A DNA stretch of 64,000 nt from Longimicrobiales bacterium (GCA_965219445.1 CBDCNQ010000001.1:192001-256000); one strand, 5' to 3'; counted from the first letter of the stretch, positions 13,785-23,864 are shown. Numbers and translations are program-made. The notes: a model not told the origin generated them from the letters alone.

Positions 13785-14867
13785 TTAACCGTCACCGTTA
13801 GGTAGGATTGTCTCGCCGTTCCAGTTCTCAGGGAAGGGCTGATAGGCGTCAAACGGGTATGACCTCTGGAGAGTCGGCTGGAGAGTCAAGAGTGGCGCTT
13901 GGGCTCGACCGGCTTCTTCTAGGTAGTCGAGGAAGTCCCACACTTCGTCGACACGGATGCCTTTGTCCAAGCTTCCCATAGCGATGCGTACCGTGTTGCC
14001 CTCTACGTCGATCACACGCACTCCCGGGCCGGCATGATTCACGGCAACGACCCATCCGTTGTGATCGAACACCGGGCTCCCGCTCGTGCCCCCCGTGACA
14101 TCGAAGTTGTACTGCACCTCGACGTGTTGGGTCTCGCCGCCATCAATCGCCCGTAGAGCGCTAATCACTCCATCCTTGAAGGTGGCGACAGCTCGACTGT
14201 CGGCGTCACCGTTTGAGATGCCCAACTCGCCGGGAAACCCCAGTGTGCCTACGGGTTGGCCGATGGTGAGGTTGTCGACCCGTTCTCGGGGCAAGAGACT
14301 GAGAGCGACCGGCACATTCCCCTCGATGTCCAATAGCCCTATGTCCTCGGACTTAGATGTTCCATCGTATTCGGGATGTATCCAGCCGTCACCCACGATC
14401 ACGTAGGTCCCGTCTCGGCCCAGGCCAGTGCCCGAGCGCACAGCAACGGGCTCCAGGTTCAGTATGGCAAATTCAGCAAGAGCTTCCTGCAACCCCTGGA
14501 CGACGTGGGCATTAGTCCAGAGCGCGCTTGAATAGTAAGCTGCGAATCCTGTGCCGAGCGCGAGGTAGTACGTTAATCCATCCCTGGGGCTTACGAACCG
14601 GAAACCGATCACGTACACGGCTTCTTCTATCTGCGAATTTGCGAGGACGTCCGACCAGTCCAACGTCTCGCCTTGGGGCCCGATGGGGCCTTCAGGCCCT
14701 TCGGGACCTTCAGGTCCCGTGGGTCCCAGAGGGCCTCCCGTCCCCTGAGGACCTTGTCCTCCCGTGGTGCCCGTGGGTCCTGCGGTACCCTGTGGTCCCT
14801 GTGGACCTACAGGCCCCTCGCATCCCACGAAAACAGTCAACGTCAACATTAGGATGAGCCGTCGCAT
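13785..14867 (-). CDS. Lipoprotein with collagen-like repeat and trypsin-like serine protease domain
   Basis: FVGC lipobox; 17 Gly-X-Y triplets; [24 protein letters not shown] catalytic motifs. Confidence 0.88.
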   Translation of the reverse strand: MRRLILMLTLTVFVGCEGPVGPQGPQGTAGPTGTTGGQGPQGTGGPLGPTGPEGPEGPEGPIGPQGETLDWSDVLANSQIEEAVYVIGFRFVSPRDGLTYYLALGTGFAAYYSSALWTNAHVVQGLQEALAEFAILNLEPVAVRSGTGLGRDGTYVIVGDGWIHPEYDGTSKSEDIGLLDIEGNVPVALSLLPRERVDNLTIGQPVGTLGFPGELGISNGDADSRAVATFKDGVISALRAIDGGETQHVEVQYNFDVTGGTSGSPVFDHNGWVVAVNHAGPGVRVIDVEGNTVRIAMGSLDKGIRVDEVWDFLDYLEEAGRAQAPLLTLQPTLQRSYPFDAYQPFPENWNGETILPNGDG

Positions 14868-15293
14868 CGTAGAGCTTCCCCGTAGTTCGAGTGACGGACC
14901 CTGGCTCCTGGACGAGGTGCCGGGCCGTGTGTGACAATCGCACAAGGAAGCTTGTGGAGAGTTCCGGCCTATTCGCCCGCCAACTTGGGAGCTACCCTCG
15001 CTGGAAAGACTCGGGCTGTTGTATTCGGCAGGTAGCCCGACCTAAGGGCTCCCTTGCTCGATTGCCACGGGGTCACACTACAACCCCGGGGGGAACGGAG
15101 CAAGCGTCAGGCAGAGGAACCGGGTCGAGGATCAGGTGCGGGAGGGGATCAGTGGGAGGGGCCTTGGTGCGTGCCACTTGTTGTCGCCGCCCGTCTCAAA
15201 AAAGTTGCAATTGGGCAGCACAGTTGGCCGCTTCGCTGAAGGAAGCTGAGGATGGGTGAAGCCGGCAACCGCCCGATGCAGCGGAGGAAAATC

Positions 15294-15569
15294 ATGGACG
15301 ACATGCGAATCTGGACCGACCCGAGGAATCATCGGGCCTGGGAAGTGAAAACGTACTGGGGTAGCGGCGGCCAGGCGATGGGGGTGGGCCTGGAAGTTGA
15401 CATCTCAAAGATCCCTGCGCCACCGGAGATACGTCGGATCGAGTTTATTCCGGCTGATGGGCAGGGGCCTCCTTACCGGACGGGCATGGGTGAGGATGAG
15501 CGAGAGGCTGAGGAGTTCAGCTACAAGGAGCTCGAGGTGCTGCTTAATCGGGCTCGGGGGGAGCGATGA
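15294..15569 (+). CDS. Small hypothetical protein
   Basis: GGAGG RBS before ATG; plausible globular composition. Confidence 0.55.
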   Translation: MDDMRIWTDPRNHRAWEVKTYWGSGGQAMGVGLEVDISKIPAPPEIRRIEFIPADGQGPPYRTGMGEDEREAEEFSYKELEVLLNRARGER

Positions 15570-15652
15570 GGGCAGGAAATCGCTGGGGCAGGTGGCCCTG
15601 TACCGAACCTACTCACCTAGAAGCTTTACATCTGGGCGAACAGAACCGAGAC

Positions 15653-15681
15653 TTGTCAGTAGGGTAGCACGATGCTACCAT
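15653..15681 (+). promoter_or_regulatory. sigma70 promoter with palindromic operator for the TAC operon
   Basis: TTGTCA-17 bp-TACCAT; perfect inverted repeat GGTAGCA-cga-TGCTACC at 15663-15679. Confidence 0.7.
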
Positions 15682-15686
15682 GGTCG

Positions 15687-16037
15687 ATGCCACCCCCAGA
15701 CGCGCCCACTTACCCACTCGCCGACATGCAGGAGAAGGTGGCGTGCGGGCACTACCAGCTGTTGCAGGGCGCGAGGGACGGTGCGGCGAGATTGGATCTC
15801 GATGAGGAAGACGTCAAGGAGTGTATCTGTGGGCTTACCGCCGAGGACTTCTATAAGACGATGCCTTCTGAGAACGAGAACGTCCCCGGAGACTTCCAGG
15901 ACGTGTACAAGACCGAGTTCTACGGCAGGTTGATCTACACCAAACTTTCGATGAACCCGAAGTGCGGCCGGAAGACGGTCGTAGTCTCGTTTAAGTCCGA
16001 CGAGGGCGCCCAAGCCGGGGCAGAGGAGAACCAATGA
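15687..16037 (+). CDS. mqsR: MqsR-family mRNA interferase toxin
   Basis: DFYKTM...QDVYK...IYTKL...VVVSFK pattern typical of MqsR. Confidence 0.88.
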   Translation: MPPPDAPTYPLADMQEKVACGHYQLLQGARDGAARLDLDEEDVKECICGLTAEDFYKTMPSENENVPGDFQDVYKTEFYGRLIYTKLSMNPKCGRKTVVVSFKSDEGAQAGAEENQ

Positions 16038-16633
16038 AAAAAACTGAATGCGGGATATGTGGCGGTGAAGCTGTCTTCGTTAGTGAGGAGCGGGAGGTGT
16101 CGGTCGGGAAGCGCAGCGCAGTCGTGGAGGATGAATTCTTCCGTTGCAGTGTGTGCGGGGAGGAGTTGTACGAGCCCGGTCAGATGGATGCAGTGATGGT
16201 GAAGGCGTCAACCGCCATTCGAAAGGAACTCGGGCTGTTGATGCCCGAGGAGATAAAGGCCATAAGAGATTCGCTCGATCTGACGCAGTCAGATTTTGAG
16301 CAATTGCTCGGTGTCGGTGAGAAGACCGTTGTGCGATGGGAGCGTGGGACCGTGTTCCAGAACAGCGCGACGGACGTCCTTATTACGGCCGTTCGAGATG
16401 TCGAGGGGTTCGCGGGCTACTTGGGCAGTCGTGCGGGCATCGCGGTCCCGGAGGGATTGTCACAAGGTATGGCGATCGGTCAGCTCGACTTCGCTACAGG
16501 CGAGTTCGTCCAGGTCGACGTCCCGTACTCTCACCCAGTGGCGGAGGAACTCGTCGCGGAGGATCAGTTCGTTCCCGAGGAACAGAGTTTTTCAGTTGCC
16601 ACTGGTCGGCATGCGTGGGATGAGGCCGCATGA
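16034..16633 (+). CDS. mqsA: MqsA-family antitoxin (Zn finger plus XRE HTH) with C-terminal ChAD-like extension
   Basis: CGIC...CSVC; LTQSDFEQLLGVGEKTVVRWERG; ~60-aa acidic/aromatic tail ending DEAA. Confidence 0.88.
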   Translation: MKKTECGICGGEAVFVSEEREVSVGKRSAVVEDEFFRCSVCGEELYEPGQMDAVMVKASTAIRKELGLLMPEEIKAIRDSLDLTQSDFEQLLGVGEKTVVRWERGTVFQNSATDVLITAVRDVEGFAGYLGSRAGIAVPEGLSQGMAIGQLDFATGEFVQVDVPYSHPVAEELVAEDQFVPEEQSFSVATGRHAWDEAA

Positions 16634-17100
16634 ACACGCCGGTGACCGGATATTCCCTTGAGGCCGTCCACACGGTCCGAGCAAGTTATGGTATCGAGCC
16701 CGACCCCGAGGCTTCTCTCGATGCGGAGCGTGAAATTAGTTTCCTCTGGGATTGGCATGTGATAAGTACCACTCAGTTCGCGGTCGTCTTGGGGGCGAAG
16801 ATCGGACCTAGTGATACCGAGCGAGATGAGTTAGAAGCCATCGTGGTAGGAACTTTTGGAATACTCGGGGAGGTGCAGTCGGTCGACCTGCGTGGCTTCG
16901 TGGAACTGAATGGTCCAGCGGTCGTAATGCCTTACCTGAGACAGGCCCTCACGGCGCTTTCGGGCCAGGGGCCTTTCGGAGCCTTCTACCTCCCGCCCGT
17001 GAACATCAAAGTACTAAGTGAGGACTTCAATACGGAGGCCGCTACCGGCACCATTCAATTGAAAGACAATCCTTCGTTGATTGGTTCGGCCAGCGAGTAG
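16630..17100 (+). CDS. SecB-like chaperone (TAC third component)
   Basis: NGPAVVMPYLRQAL..LSGQGPFGAFYLPPVN SecB signature; ATGA overlap with the antitoxin. Confidence 0.82.
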   Translation: MNTPVTGYSLEAVHTVRASYGIEPDPEASLDAEREISFLWDWHVISTTQFAVVLGAKIGPSDTERDELEAIVVGTFGILGEVQSVDLRGFVELNGPAVVMPYLRQALTALSGQGPFGAFYLPPVNIKVLSEDFNTEAATGTIQLKDNPSLIGSASE

Positions 17101-17300
17101 CGTTCCATCCAGCCATCCCCACGCCCCGCAGCACCCGCCACGTTACACCCATGGGAATCATGACGATGGACCTCGAGGCGCTCGAGGTAGAGCTAACCGC
17201 TGGCCGATCGGGGCCGCGCTCGCCTACGATGCCGCTCTTGCCTGCCCCTATCGAGCCACAGCCAAGCCGATTGGGTGATCAGCCCTTTCACTCCAATATC

Positions 17301-17681
17301 TTAGCCCGCTCCCTCGTCGTCCTCTCGAACTCGCGCTTCGTCCTCCATCCACCAGTCGTGGAGCGCGAGGAACACGCGCTTTAGGCTTAGGGCACGGGCT
17401 GTTGCAGAGTACTCCACGCGTGGCGGTACCTCTGCGTAGACCCTCCGTTCGATGAACCCACTGCTCTCCAGCGCGCGGAGCTGATTCGTCAGCATCGTCT
17501 GAGTGATTCCGTCGATGCGGCGGCGTAGCTCCCCGAAGCGATGCACGCCCCGGAAGATCAGAATCTGAAGGATAATCAACTTCCATTTACCACCGATCAG
17601 CTTTGCGATATCGGGCATGGGGCACTCCGCATCAAGCACCGGAATCCGTGACTGGTCGAGAGGCTGAAGCTCAGTTGTCAC
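17301..17681 (-). CDS. HxlR-family winged-helix regulator
   Basis: CP..IGGKWK..RFGELRR..TQTMLTNQLRALE..EVPPRVEYS. Confidence 0.92.
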   Translation of the reverse strand: MTTELQPLDQSRIPVLDAECPMPDIAKLIGGKWKLIILQILIFRGVHRFGELRRRIDGITQTMLTNQLRALESSGFIERRVYAEVPPRVEYSATARALSLKRVFLALHDWWMEDEARVREDDEGAG

Positions 17682-17719
17682 CTTGGATCGTCAACACGCG
17701 AACGGAGCCTGAGCAGACC

Positions 17720-18368
17720 ATGCCCAATTCAAAAGCACCGACCTCGCCCAAAACTGGGCAGCGGTGCACGCCGCAAGATCAAGAGACCTTCTGGTCGCAG
17801 TCCCTCGATCGGCTCGCCGACCTGTTGGAGGCTGGCGCGGAGCGCCAGGACCGGGGTACGCTGCTCGATCGGGTATCGAAATACCTTCTCGTCCCGCTCC
17901 TTCTCCTGACGTCGGCGCAATACGTAAGTGCGCAGGACTTCGTTGAGTTGCCACCCGACCTTGAAGTGGAACTGGCCCTCAGCGCGCTTCCCGATGAGTT
18001 GCAGGGTGGGGCGGCGGTCTACGTGCGCGACCCCGGTCAAGGGTTCGTTCTCCATCGCGAGGGGACGAACGGATGGATGACATTCGTAGCACGCACAAGT
18101 GTCCGATTCTACGCAGCGGATTGGGACTACAGCTATCCAAGCGACATGCTGATCCCGCAGGCTCACGGTGAACTCGGTCTTCAAAATCATGTGAGACCCT
18201 ACTTCGATCTTGAGCGCCTTCGCATCGCTGGAACCCCTCCGGCCGAAGCGAAAAGGGTCCTTCGCGAGCGCTTTGAGAACGGGACGTACCGGGCTCCAGC
18301 GCGGGGAGGCGTGTCTTACATGCTGGCCCCAATACACCGGGCGTACATGGCTCCGGCGGAGTCGGATG
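17720..18368 (+). pseudogene. Exported hypothetical protein truncated by an IS at 18369
   Basis: Signal-like segment followed by ELALSALP..GTNG..GGVSYML; frame runs into the IS end cggaacctgtcaac. Confidence 0.6.
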
Positions 18369-18634
18369 CGGAACCTGTCAACGACAATGGGACACTCTAC
18401 GGGATTAATTAGAGAGCAATGTCCTGTGTGGTGAGGGAAGGGATGGGAGGATTGATGAAGACGGCCTCCGGGAGCGGTTTGGGCTTCGGCACACCTCTGA
18501 CGAAGCGTTCGGGATGAGCGGCCCATGCTTCGCGGAGCACGGATTTCCTGCCGGCAATGACCTGATCGGCGTTCCCGAAGTGGACCTGCTCGGGGGTTAG
18601 CATCGAGATGCCGCCATGGCGGTGCTCGGCATTG
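18369..18634 (-). mobile_element. 3' remnant of an isoform of the 1567-bp IS
   Basis: MLTPEQVHFG...TTQDIAL nearly identical to the orfB C-terminus at 20437; same terminal cggaacc-tgtcaac. Confidence 0.88.
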
Positions 18635-18844
18635 TGACCTGACCCCCTGAAACGAGACCAGGTGCAATGTTAGGATCGACCTGGTCTGAAGCTTTTCAGC
18701 GAGGAGGTCAGGATGGGAAGGAAGCGACACACTCCGGAGCAGATCATCACTGCACTGCACTGCGGGAGGCAGAGGTCGGTCTGGCCCGCGGCAAATCCGT
18801 GAAGCTGATCAGCCGGGAGCTCGGCATCACCGAGCAGACGTACT
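18635..18844 (+). mobile_element. IS3-family 5' remnant (left IR plus broken orfA)
   Basis: TGACCTGACCCCCTGAAACGAGACCA as at 22620; orfA frameshifted by a cactg duplication. Confidence 0.8.
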
Positions 18845-19020
18845 GGAGCTGTCCCGTTTTAGTGGACGGGTGAACACTGAGGTTTTTAGTCTGTCCCCCC
18901 CGCTCGGGAGAGGGAAGCTTCCCCCGCGTAGCGGGGGAGTAAAGAACCGGGCGTAGGGGGCGCTCACGCGGCGGCCTCCCGGGCATGGCGGCGTTCGAAG
19001 GTAAATAGGTATATAATCCC
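18845..19020 (-). mobile_element. Probable IS3-family 3' end remnant
   Basis: Minus strand ...FERRHAREAAA* followed by an IR-like end GTCCACTAAAACGGGACAGCTCC. Confidence 0.5.
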
Positions 19021-19230
19021 CAACTGGAAGAACGGAACGATGGCCTTGCGCTGGGCTGCGGCCTCGTTCGTGGAGACCGAGAAGAGCTACCGGAGGATCA
19101 TCGGCTACGACCAGCTCTGGATGCTCAGGGCCCACCTCGACGACCATGAACCGGTTGCCGAAATGAGAAAGGCAGGCTAACAAGGAGACTCTCCGGAGCC
19201 ACCACCTTCAACTGTCAGCGGGACACCATC
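19021..19230 (+). mobile_element. IS256-family 3' remnant with terminal IR
   Basis: WKNGTMALRWAAASFVETEKSYRRIIGY; end TTCAACTGTCAGCGGGACACCATC. Confidence 0.75.
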
Positions 19231-20436
19231 TCCTGGAAGGACTCATGGCACGGGAGCGACCCCTGGAGGGCGGGGCGGCGCTGTGAAAACAGCGACCGCC
19301 CCATGCCCGTACCAGATCGTCAGATCAGGGGGTCGCTCCCCGCCGCGTCGGTGCCGTCCCGTGCGGCGTCGGCGCCTGGGCCGCGAAGCACGCAACTCCA
19401 AGCGGGCACAAGGGATAGGCGAGCCCGGCGTCTGCACGTTTTCACAGGCGCCCTGTGTGCATCGACCCCCAACGTCTCATGCACATCGCCCATACGGCCC
19501 CGAGGCGCCGGTTTTCTCATCGGAACCGCGCCCGGGCGAGCCGGTCCCGTCTGCCATGTGGTGGATCGGTGTATCAGCTCCCGTCCGGCCTGCCGTCGAG
19601 CCCGCTCCTGCAACGCGACCATTAGCCTGAGTCCGCCTTGGATGTCGCCGCACACCTCCTTGAGCAGCCGGTCGTCTCCCTCACGGATGGCGTGTTCGAT
19701 CCGGGCGATCTCGGTACCTTCAGGCCGACAGTCAGGCGGTCGCCAACGCTGCAATCTAGGCCGCGATCTCCTGAATTCCCAGCATCCTATCCTTGAGCCC
19801 GGCGGCCGCGCGGTGCCGGGTGCGGCAGCCGGTCTTCCAGCGCGCCCACAGCGGCACGGAGATTCGGGGGGTCCAATAGGGGCGGAGCGCCGCCTCGCCA
19901 GACCGCGAGGTTCAACGGCGGGGAATCATGCACCTAAGTTGTCCGGCCCTTCCCTTACTCTTTGGCCAGCCGTCGCGGGAGGTTCCCGGTCGCCTCCGCA
20001 TAAAGATTGATACCTATGATCGAGGGTATGACCACCTCGACGAGGCCCCCGGGTCCGCCCGGTTCCAACGGCAACTTGGGGATTCGGCCAATCAGCCCGA
20101 GGACGACCAGCTTATCGACCGCAATGTGAGCAAACTGCCCGCACTTCCGGCTGATATCCTTCGGGTCCAAAGGGTTGGGTTCGATAGCGCCTTCTTCGGT
20201 ACGGTGACCCACTCCGTGCTCGCACACGTAGGTAAGTATCTCGCAGTCCAACCTAGTCAGTTGCGCCATCGCAGTGACGTACAGGGCGTCGAGGCCAAAA
20301 CCCTCCTCGTCGTCAGCACCCGCACCCGCCCCGGCGATTAGTCCTGCCCACCAATCTTGAAGAAACGGATCGTCTTCCAGGGATGCTTTCTCCAACCGGA
20401 ACCTGTCAACGCCAGTGAGACACTCTTGGAAATCAA

Positions 20437-21444
20437 TTAGAGAGCAATCTCCTGTGTCGTGAGGGATGGGGTGGGAGGATTGATCCAGACGGCCTCCGGG
20501 AGTGGTTTAGGCTTCGGCTCACCGGAGACGAAGCGCTCGGGATGAGCGGCCCATGCCTCACGGAGCACGGCCTTCCTGCAGGCGATGATCCGATCGGCGT
20601 GACCGAAGTGGACCTGTTCGGGGGTCAGCATCGAGATGCCGCCATGGCGGTGCTCGGCATTATACCAACGGAAGAACGAGCGACAGAAGGTCTTGGCTTG
20701 CCCCTGATCCCCGAACCGGCCGGGAAACGAGGGATGGTACTTCAAGGTCTTGAACTGAGCCTCGGAGAACGGATTGTCATCCGAGACCTGGGGTCGGCCC
20801 AACGAGCGGGTCACGCCGAGATCGGCGAGTAGTTGAGCCGTGCATTGGCTCGTCATCGGAGCCCCTCGATCGGAATGCAGGGTCAGGAGGTGGGGCTGGA
20901 CGCCATGCTTCAAGCAACTCTGCTGGATCAGCCGGCTGGCCAGGGCAGAGTTCTCCCGATCCGCCACCATCCATCCCACGACGTAGCGGCTGAAGATGTC
21001 CAGGATCACGTAGAGGTAGAAGTAACTCCACTTCTTCGGCCCCAGCAGCCGGGTGATATCCCAGGACCAGACCTGGTTCGGGCCCCTCGCCATCAACTCG
21101 GGCTTCTGGTATTTGGGATGACTCCGCTGCGCTCGACGCTCCTGAACCGGCACCTGGGAAGCCAGAACGCGATACATCGTACGCTCGCTGCACAGGTAGA
21201 CGTCCTCGTCGAGCAGCGTCGCCACCACCTCGGCTGGGGACCGGTCCACGAACCGCTCCGAACACAGGGTGTCGAAAATCTTGTCCCGCTCCCTCTCACT
21301 TAAGGCCCGGGCGGGGGTCGGGCGGGGCTGCTGATGCCCGGTCGATGCACTCCGACGACGGTAGAACGTGGCTCGCGGCACCCTGAGCGCATCGCACGCG
21401 GGCTTCACCCCTACGTGCTTGGCTAGCTCCTGGGTCGCCTTCAT
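20437..21444 (-). CDS. DDE (rve) transposase OrfB
   Basis: WSWDIT, LHSDRG, DNPFSEAQFKTLKY. Confidence 0.95.
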   Translation of the reverse strand: MKATQELAKHVGVKPACDALRVPRATFYRRRSASTGHQQPRPTPARALSERERDKIFDTLCSERFVDRSPAEVVATLLDEDVYLCSERTMYRVLASQVPVQERRAQRSHPKYQKPELMARGPNQVWSWDITRLLGPKKWSYFYLYVILDIFSRYVVGWMVADRENSALASRLIQQSCLKHGVQPHLLTLHSDRGAPMTSQCTAQLLADLGVTRSLGRPQVSDDNPFSEAQFKTLKYHPSFPGRFGDQGQAKTFCRSFFRWYNAEHRHGGISMLTPEQVHFGHADRIIACRKAVLREAWAAHPERFVSGEPKPKPLPEAVWINPPTPSLTTQEIAL

Positions 21445-21890
21445 GAGTTCGTCCCGTCCTCGAGGCTCAATCCCAGCAGCCCTGCAACTTTTCCCTGGAC
21501 GTCGATGATCAAGTGCGCCTTCTGGAGCTCCTTCTCGAGGCGAGTGTTCTCGCGCTCCAGCTTGCGCACCTTCTCCTCCAGCGGATTGCGCTCGCGCTTA
21601 CGGCCTCGTTTCTTCGACAGCGCTTTCAGGGACCCGCTATGCGCCGCCTTGCGCCATGTCGTCAGGTGCGACGAGTACAAGCCCTCCCGCCGTAGGAGTC
21701 GGCCAACCTCTCCGGGCTCCGTGCACCGGTCCGCTTCTTCGACGATCCGCAGCTTGTACGACGGAGCGAACCGCCGGCGCAGCGGCCTATCTACCACCTC
21801 CGAGTCCGCAGGAGCTGCCGCGCTTCGCTTACCGTCCCAGGTTGGTGGGGCTATTCCATTCTCTTTCATTCTCTCTCGGTGTCTCAGCAT
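21441..21890 (-). CDS. Transposase OrfA (HTH plus coiled coil)
   Basis: RRRFAPSYKLRIV..LLRREGLYSSHLTTWR; ATGA overlap with orfB. Confidence 0.9.
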   Translation of the reverse strand: MLRHRERMKENGIAPPTWDGKRSAAAPADSEVVDRPLRRRFAPSYKLRIVEEADRCTEPGEVGRLLRREGLYSSHLTTWRKAAHSGSLKALSKKRGRKRERNPLEEKVRKLERENTRLEKELQKAHLIIDVQGKVAGLLGLSLEDGTNS

Positions 21891-22374
21891 CCTCGGTTTC
21901 TCTGCCTTCGCCCTACTCTAATTCCTTAGCTGCTCCGTGTCTCACGTAAGTTGGCAGAGAGGGACAGCGGTAACCCAACGGACAGTGCCACTCGTCGTGC
22001 CCCGGCCGGGTCAAGCCCGCGCCGTTCAGTCATTCGGTCCACTTGCTGCGATATCGCGGCCAGGTTTGCCATCCGCCATAACCGCACCCAGTCGCCTGCA
22101 ATCTCCCCAAGGTTCGTGACTGCGGGCCCGAAGAGCCGCTGAGTAAGACGGTTCGTGGCCGCAGCAACTTCGGTCGCTTCCGCGCTGCCGGGTGGGATGT
22201 CTGGTAGTGTCACGTCGAGAGACCTTCTGTTGCGGGATGAGTCGCGTTCGAAGAGAAACGCCGTCGTGGAGGAAACAGGAAAACATACTTGGTTGGCATG
22301 CTCTACGCATACCCCAAGCAATACGTTGGGGCTGGCCAGGGGCTCCACCATTCGACACCAAAGGCCCCGCTGAA

Positions 22375-22619
22375 GCGCGTAGGCAGCGGGGATGGGCGCG
22401 CCTCGAGGACGCACGACGGGCGTGCGCTGAAGCTGCTGACAGTGCTGGACGAGCACACGAGGGAGTGCCTGGCGATCGTGGTGGCTCGCAAGATCCGAGC
22501 CCACGACGTGCTCGAGGTGCTGGCCGATCTGTTCGTCCGACACGGGCCTGCCGAGTATCTGAGGTCGGACAACGGACCGGAGTTCACCGCGAAGCTCGTG
22601 CGGCGGTGGTTGGCGCGCG
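22375..22619 (+). mobile_element. Internal IS3 orfB fragment
   Basis: [24 protein letters not shown]...LRSDNGPEF, interrupted by the IS at 22620. Confidence 0.8.
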
Positions 22620-23706
22620 TGACGTGACCCCCTGAAACGAGACCAAAGTTGATGTTAGGATGCGGCTTTGGTCGCAGCTATCAGGGAGGAGGTCAGAATG
22701 AGTAGGAGACGACACACGCCGGAGCAGATCATCACGGCATTGAGAGAGGCGGAGGTGGGTCTGGCGAACGGCAAAACGGTGGCGATGGTGAGCCGGGAGT
22801 TGGGGATCAGCGAGCAGACGTACTACCGGTGGAGGCAGGAGTTCGGGGGGATGAAGGTGGATCAAGCTCGACGCTTCAAGGAGCTGGAGAAGGAGAACGC
22901 ACGGCTAAAGCGAGCGGTGGCGAACCTGACGGTGGACAAGCTGATCCTAGAGGAAGCGACCAAGGGAAACTTCTGAGCCCCGAGCGCCGACGCAGGTGCG
23001 TGATGCATGTACGTCAGCGACTCGGGGCGAGTGAACGTCACGCGTGTCACGTACTGGGTCAGCCGCGCTCGACGCAGCGCCGGGTGAAGAAGCTACCTGG
23101 CGACGAGGAGGCGCTACGCACGGACGTGATACGGTTGGCGAGCCGGTTCGGCAGGTACGGGTATCGCCAGATCACGAACCTGCTGCGTATCGAGGGCTGG
23201 GAGGTGAACCACAAGCGTGTGGAGCGTATCTGGAGGCAGGAGGGGCTGAAAGTGCCCAGACGGCAACCGAAACGGGGTCGGTTGTGGCTCAACGATGGCT
23301 CGTGCATCCGGCTCAGGCCACTGCACAAGAATCACGTGTGGTCCTACGACTTCGTAAGCACGAGGACCCATGACGGCCGTGCGCTGAAGCTCTTGACCGT
23401 GCTCGACGAGTACACGCGGCAGTGTCTGGCGATCAAGGTCGGTCGAAAGACTCGAGCTCACGACGTTCTCGAGGTGCTCACCGATCTCTTCGCTCGGCAC
23501 GGTCCGCCCGAGCATCTGCGCTCGGACAACGGGCCAGAGTTCACGGCGAAACTGGTGCGGAGATGGCTGGCCAGGCTGCGGGTCCAGATCCTCTACATCG
23601 CGCCGGGCAGTCCGTGGGAGAACGGCTACAACGAGAGCTTCAACGGCAAACTGAGGGACGAGCTGTTGAACGGGGAGATCTTCTACTCGTTGGCGGAGGC
23701 GGCCGT
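22620..23706 (+). mobile_element. IS3-family element: orfA 22698-22976 and -1-frameshifted orfB, 3'-truncated
   Basis: Left IR TGACGTGACCCCCTGAAAC; AAGGGAAAC slip site; WSYDFV, SDNGPEF, NESFNG; homology stops after YSLAEAAV. Confidence 0.88.
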
Positions 23707-23864
23707 GGGCGTGCGCCCAGCTTTGGGCTATGTACGTATCGCTCCGTCAGGGCGGCTTCGCCAAAGAGAAATCGATCAGCGACCTCGTGGGGATCATGGG
23801 GCTCTTCTGACACTCGCGACAACGCGCCTCATATTCGGGGGGCTTCCCACAACGGAGTACGCGA

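Larger units (their letters stand above)
20397..21963 (-). mobile_element. 1567-bp IS3-like insertion sequence, copy 1, with 2-bp target duplication (AC)
   Basis: Two coupled ORFs; subterminal IRs TGTCAACGCCAGTGAGACAC / TGCCAACTTACGTGAGACAC; AC at 20395-20396 and 21964-21965. Confidence 0.93.
19955..22213 (-). pseudogene. Abi-alpha (DUF4393)-like protein interrupted by the IS at 20397-21963
   Basis: Removing the IS and one 2-bp duplicate restores a 229-aa frame containing GLPLLEKASLEDDPFLQDWWAGLIA. Confidence 0.75.

Noticed and set aside
14660..14820. Short-period repeats as a CRISPR or other array (also 56005-56125)
   Set aside because: They encode collagen Gly-X-Y and Gln/Gly tracts; no repeat-spacer structure and no cas genes
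19231..19950. Possible decayed HNH/phage genes (RGGAP..DP.NLRA on the minus strand)
   Set aside because: Too degenerate to support a call by eye
21926..22543. 205-aa ORF as a real gene
   Set aside because: Chimera of antisense IS3 sequence, the Abi-alpha 5' half and the IS end
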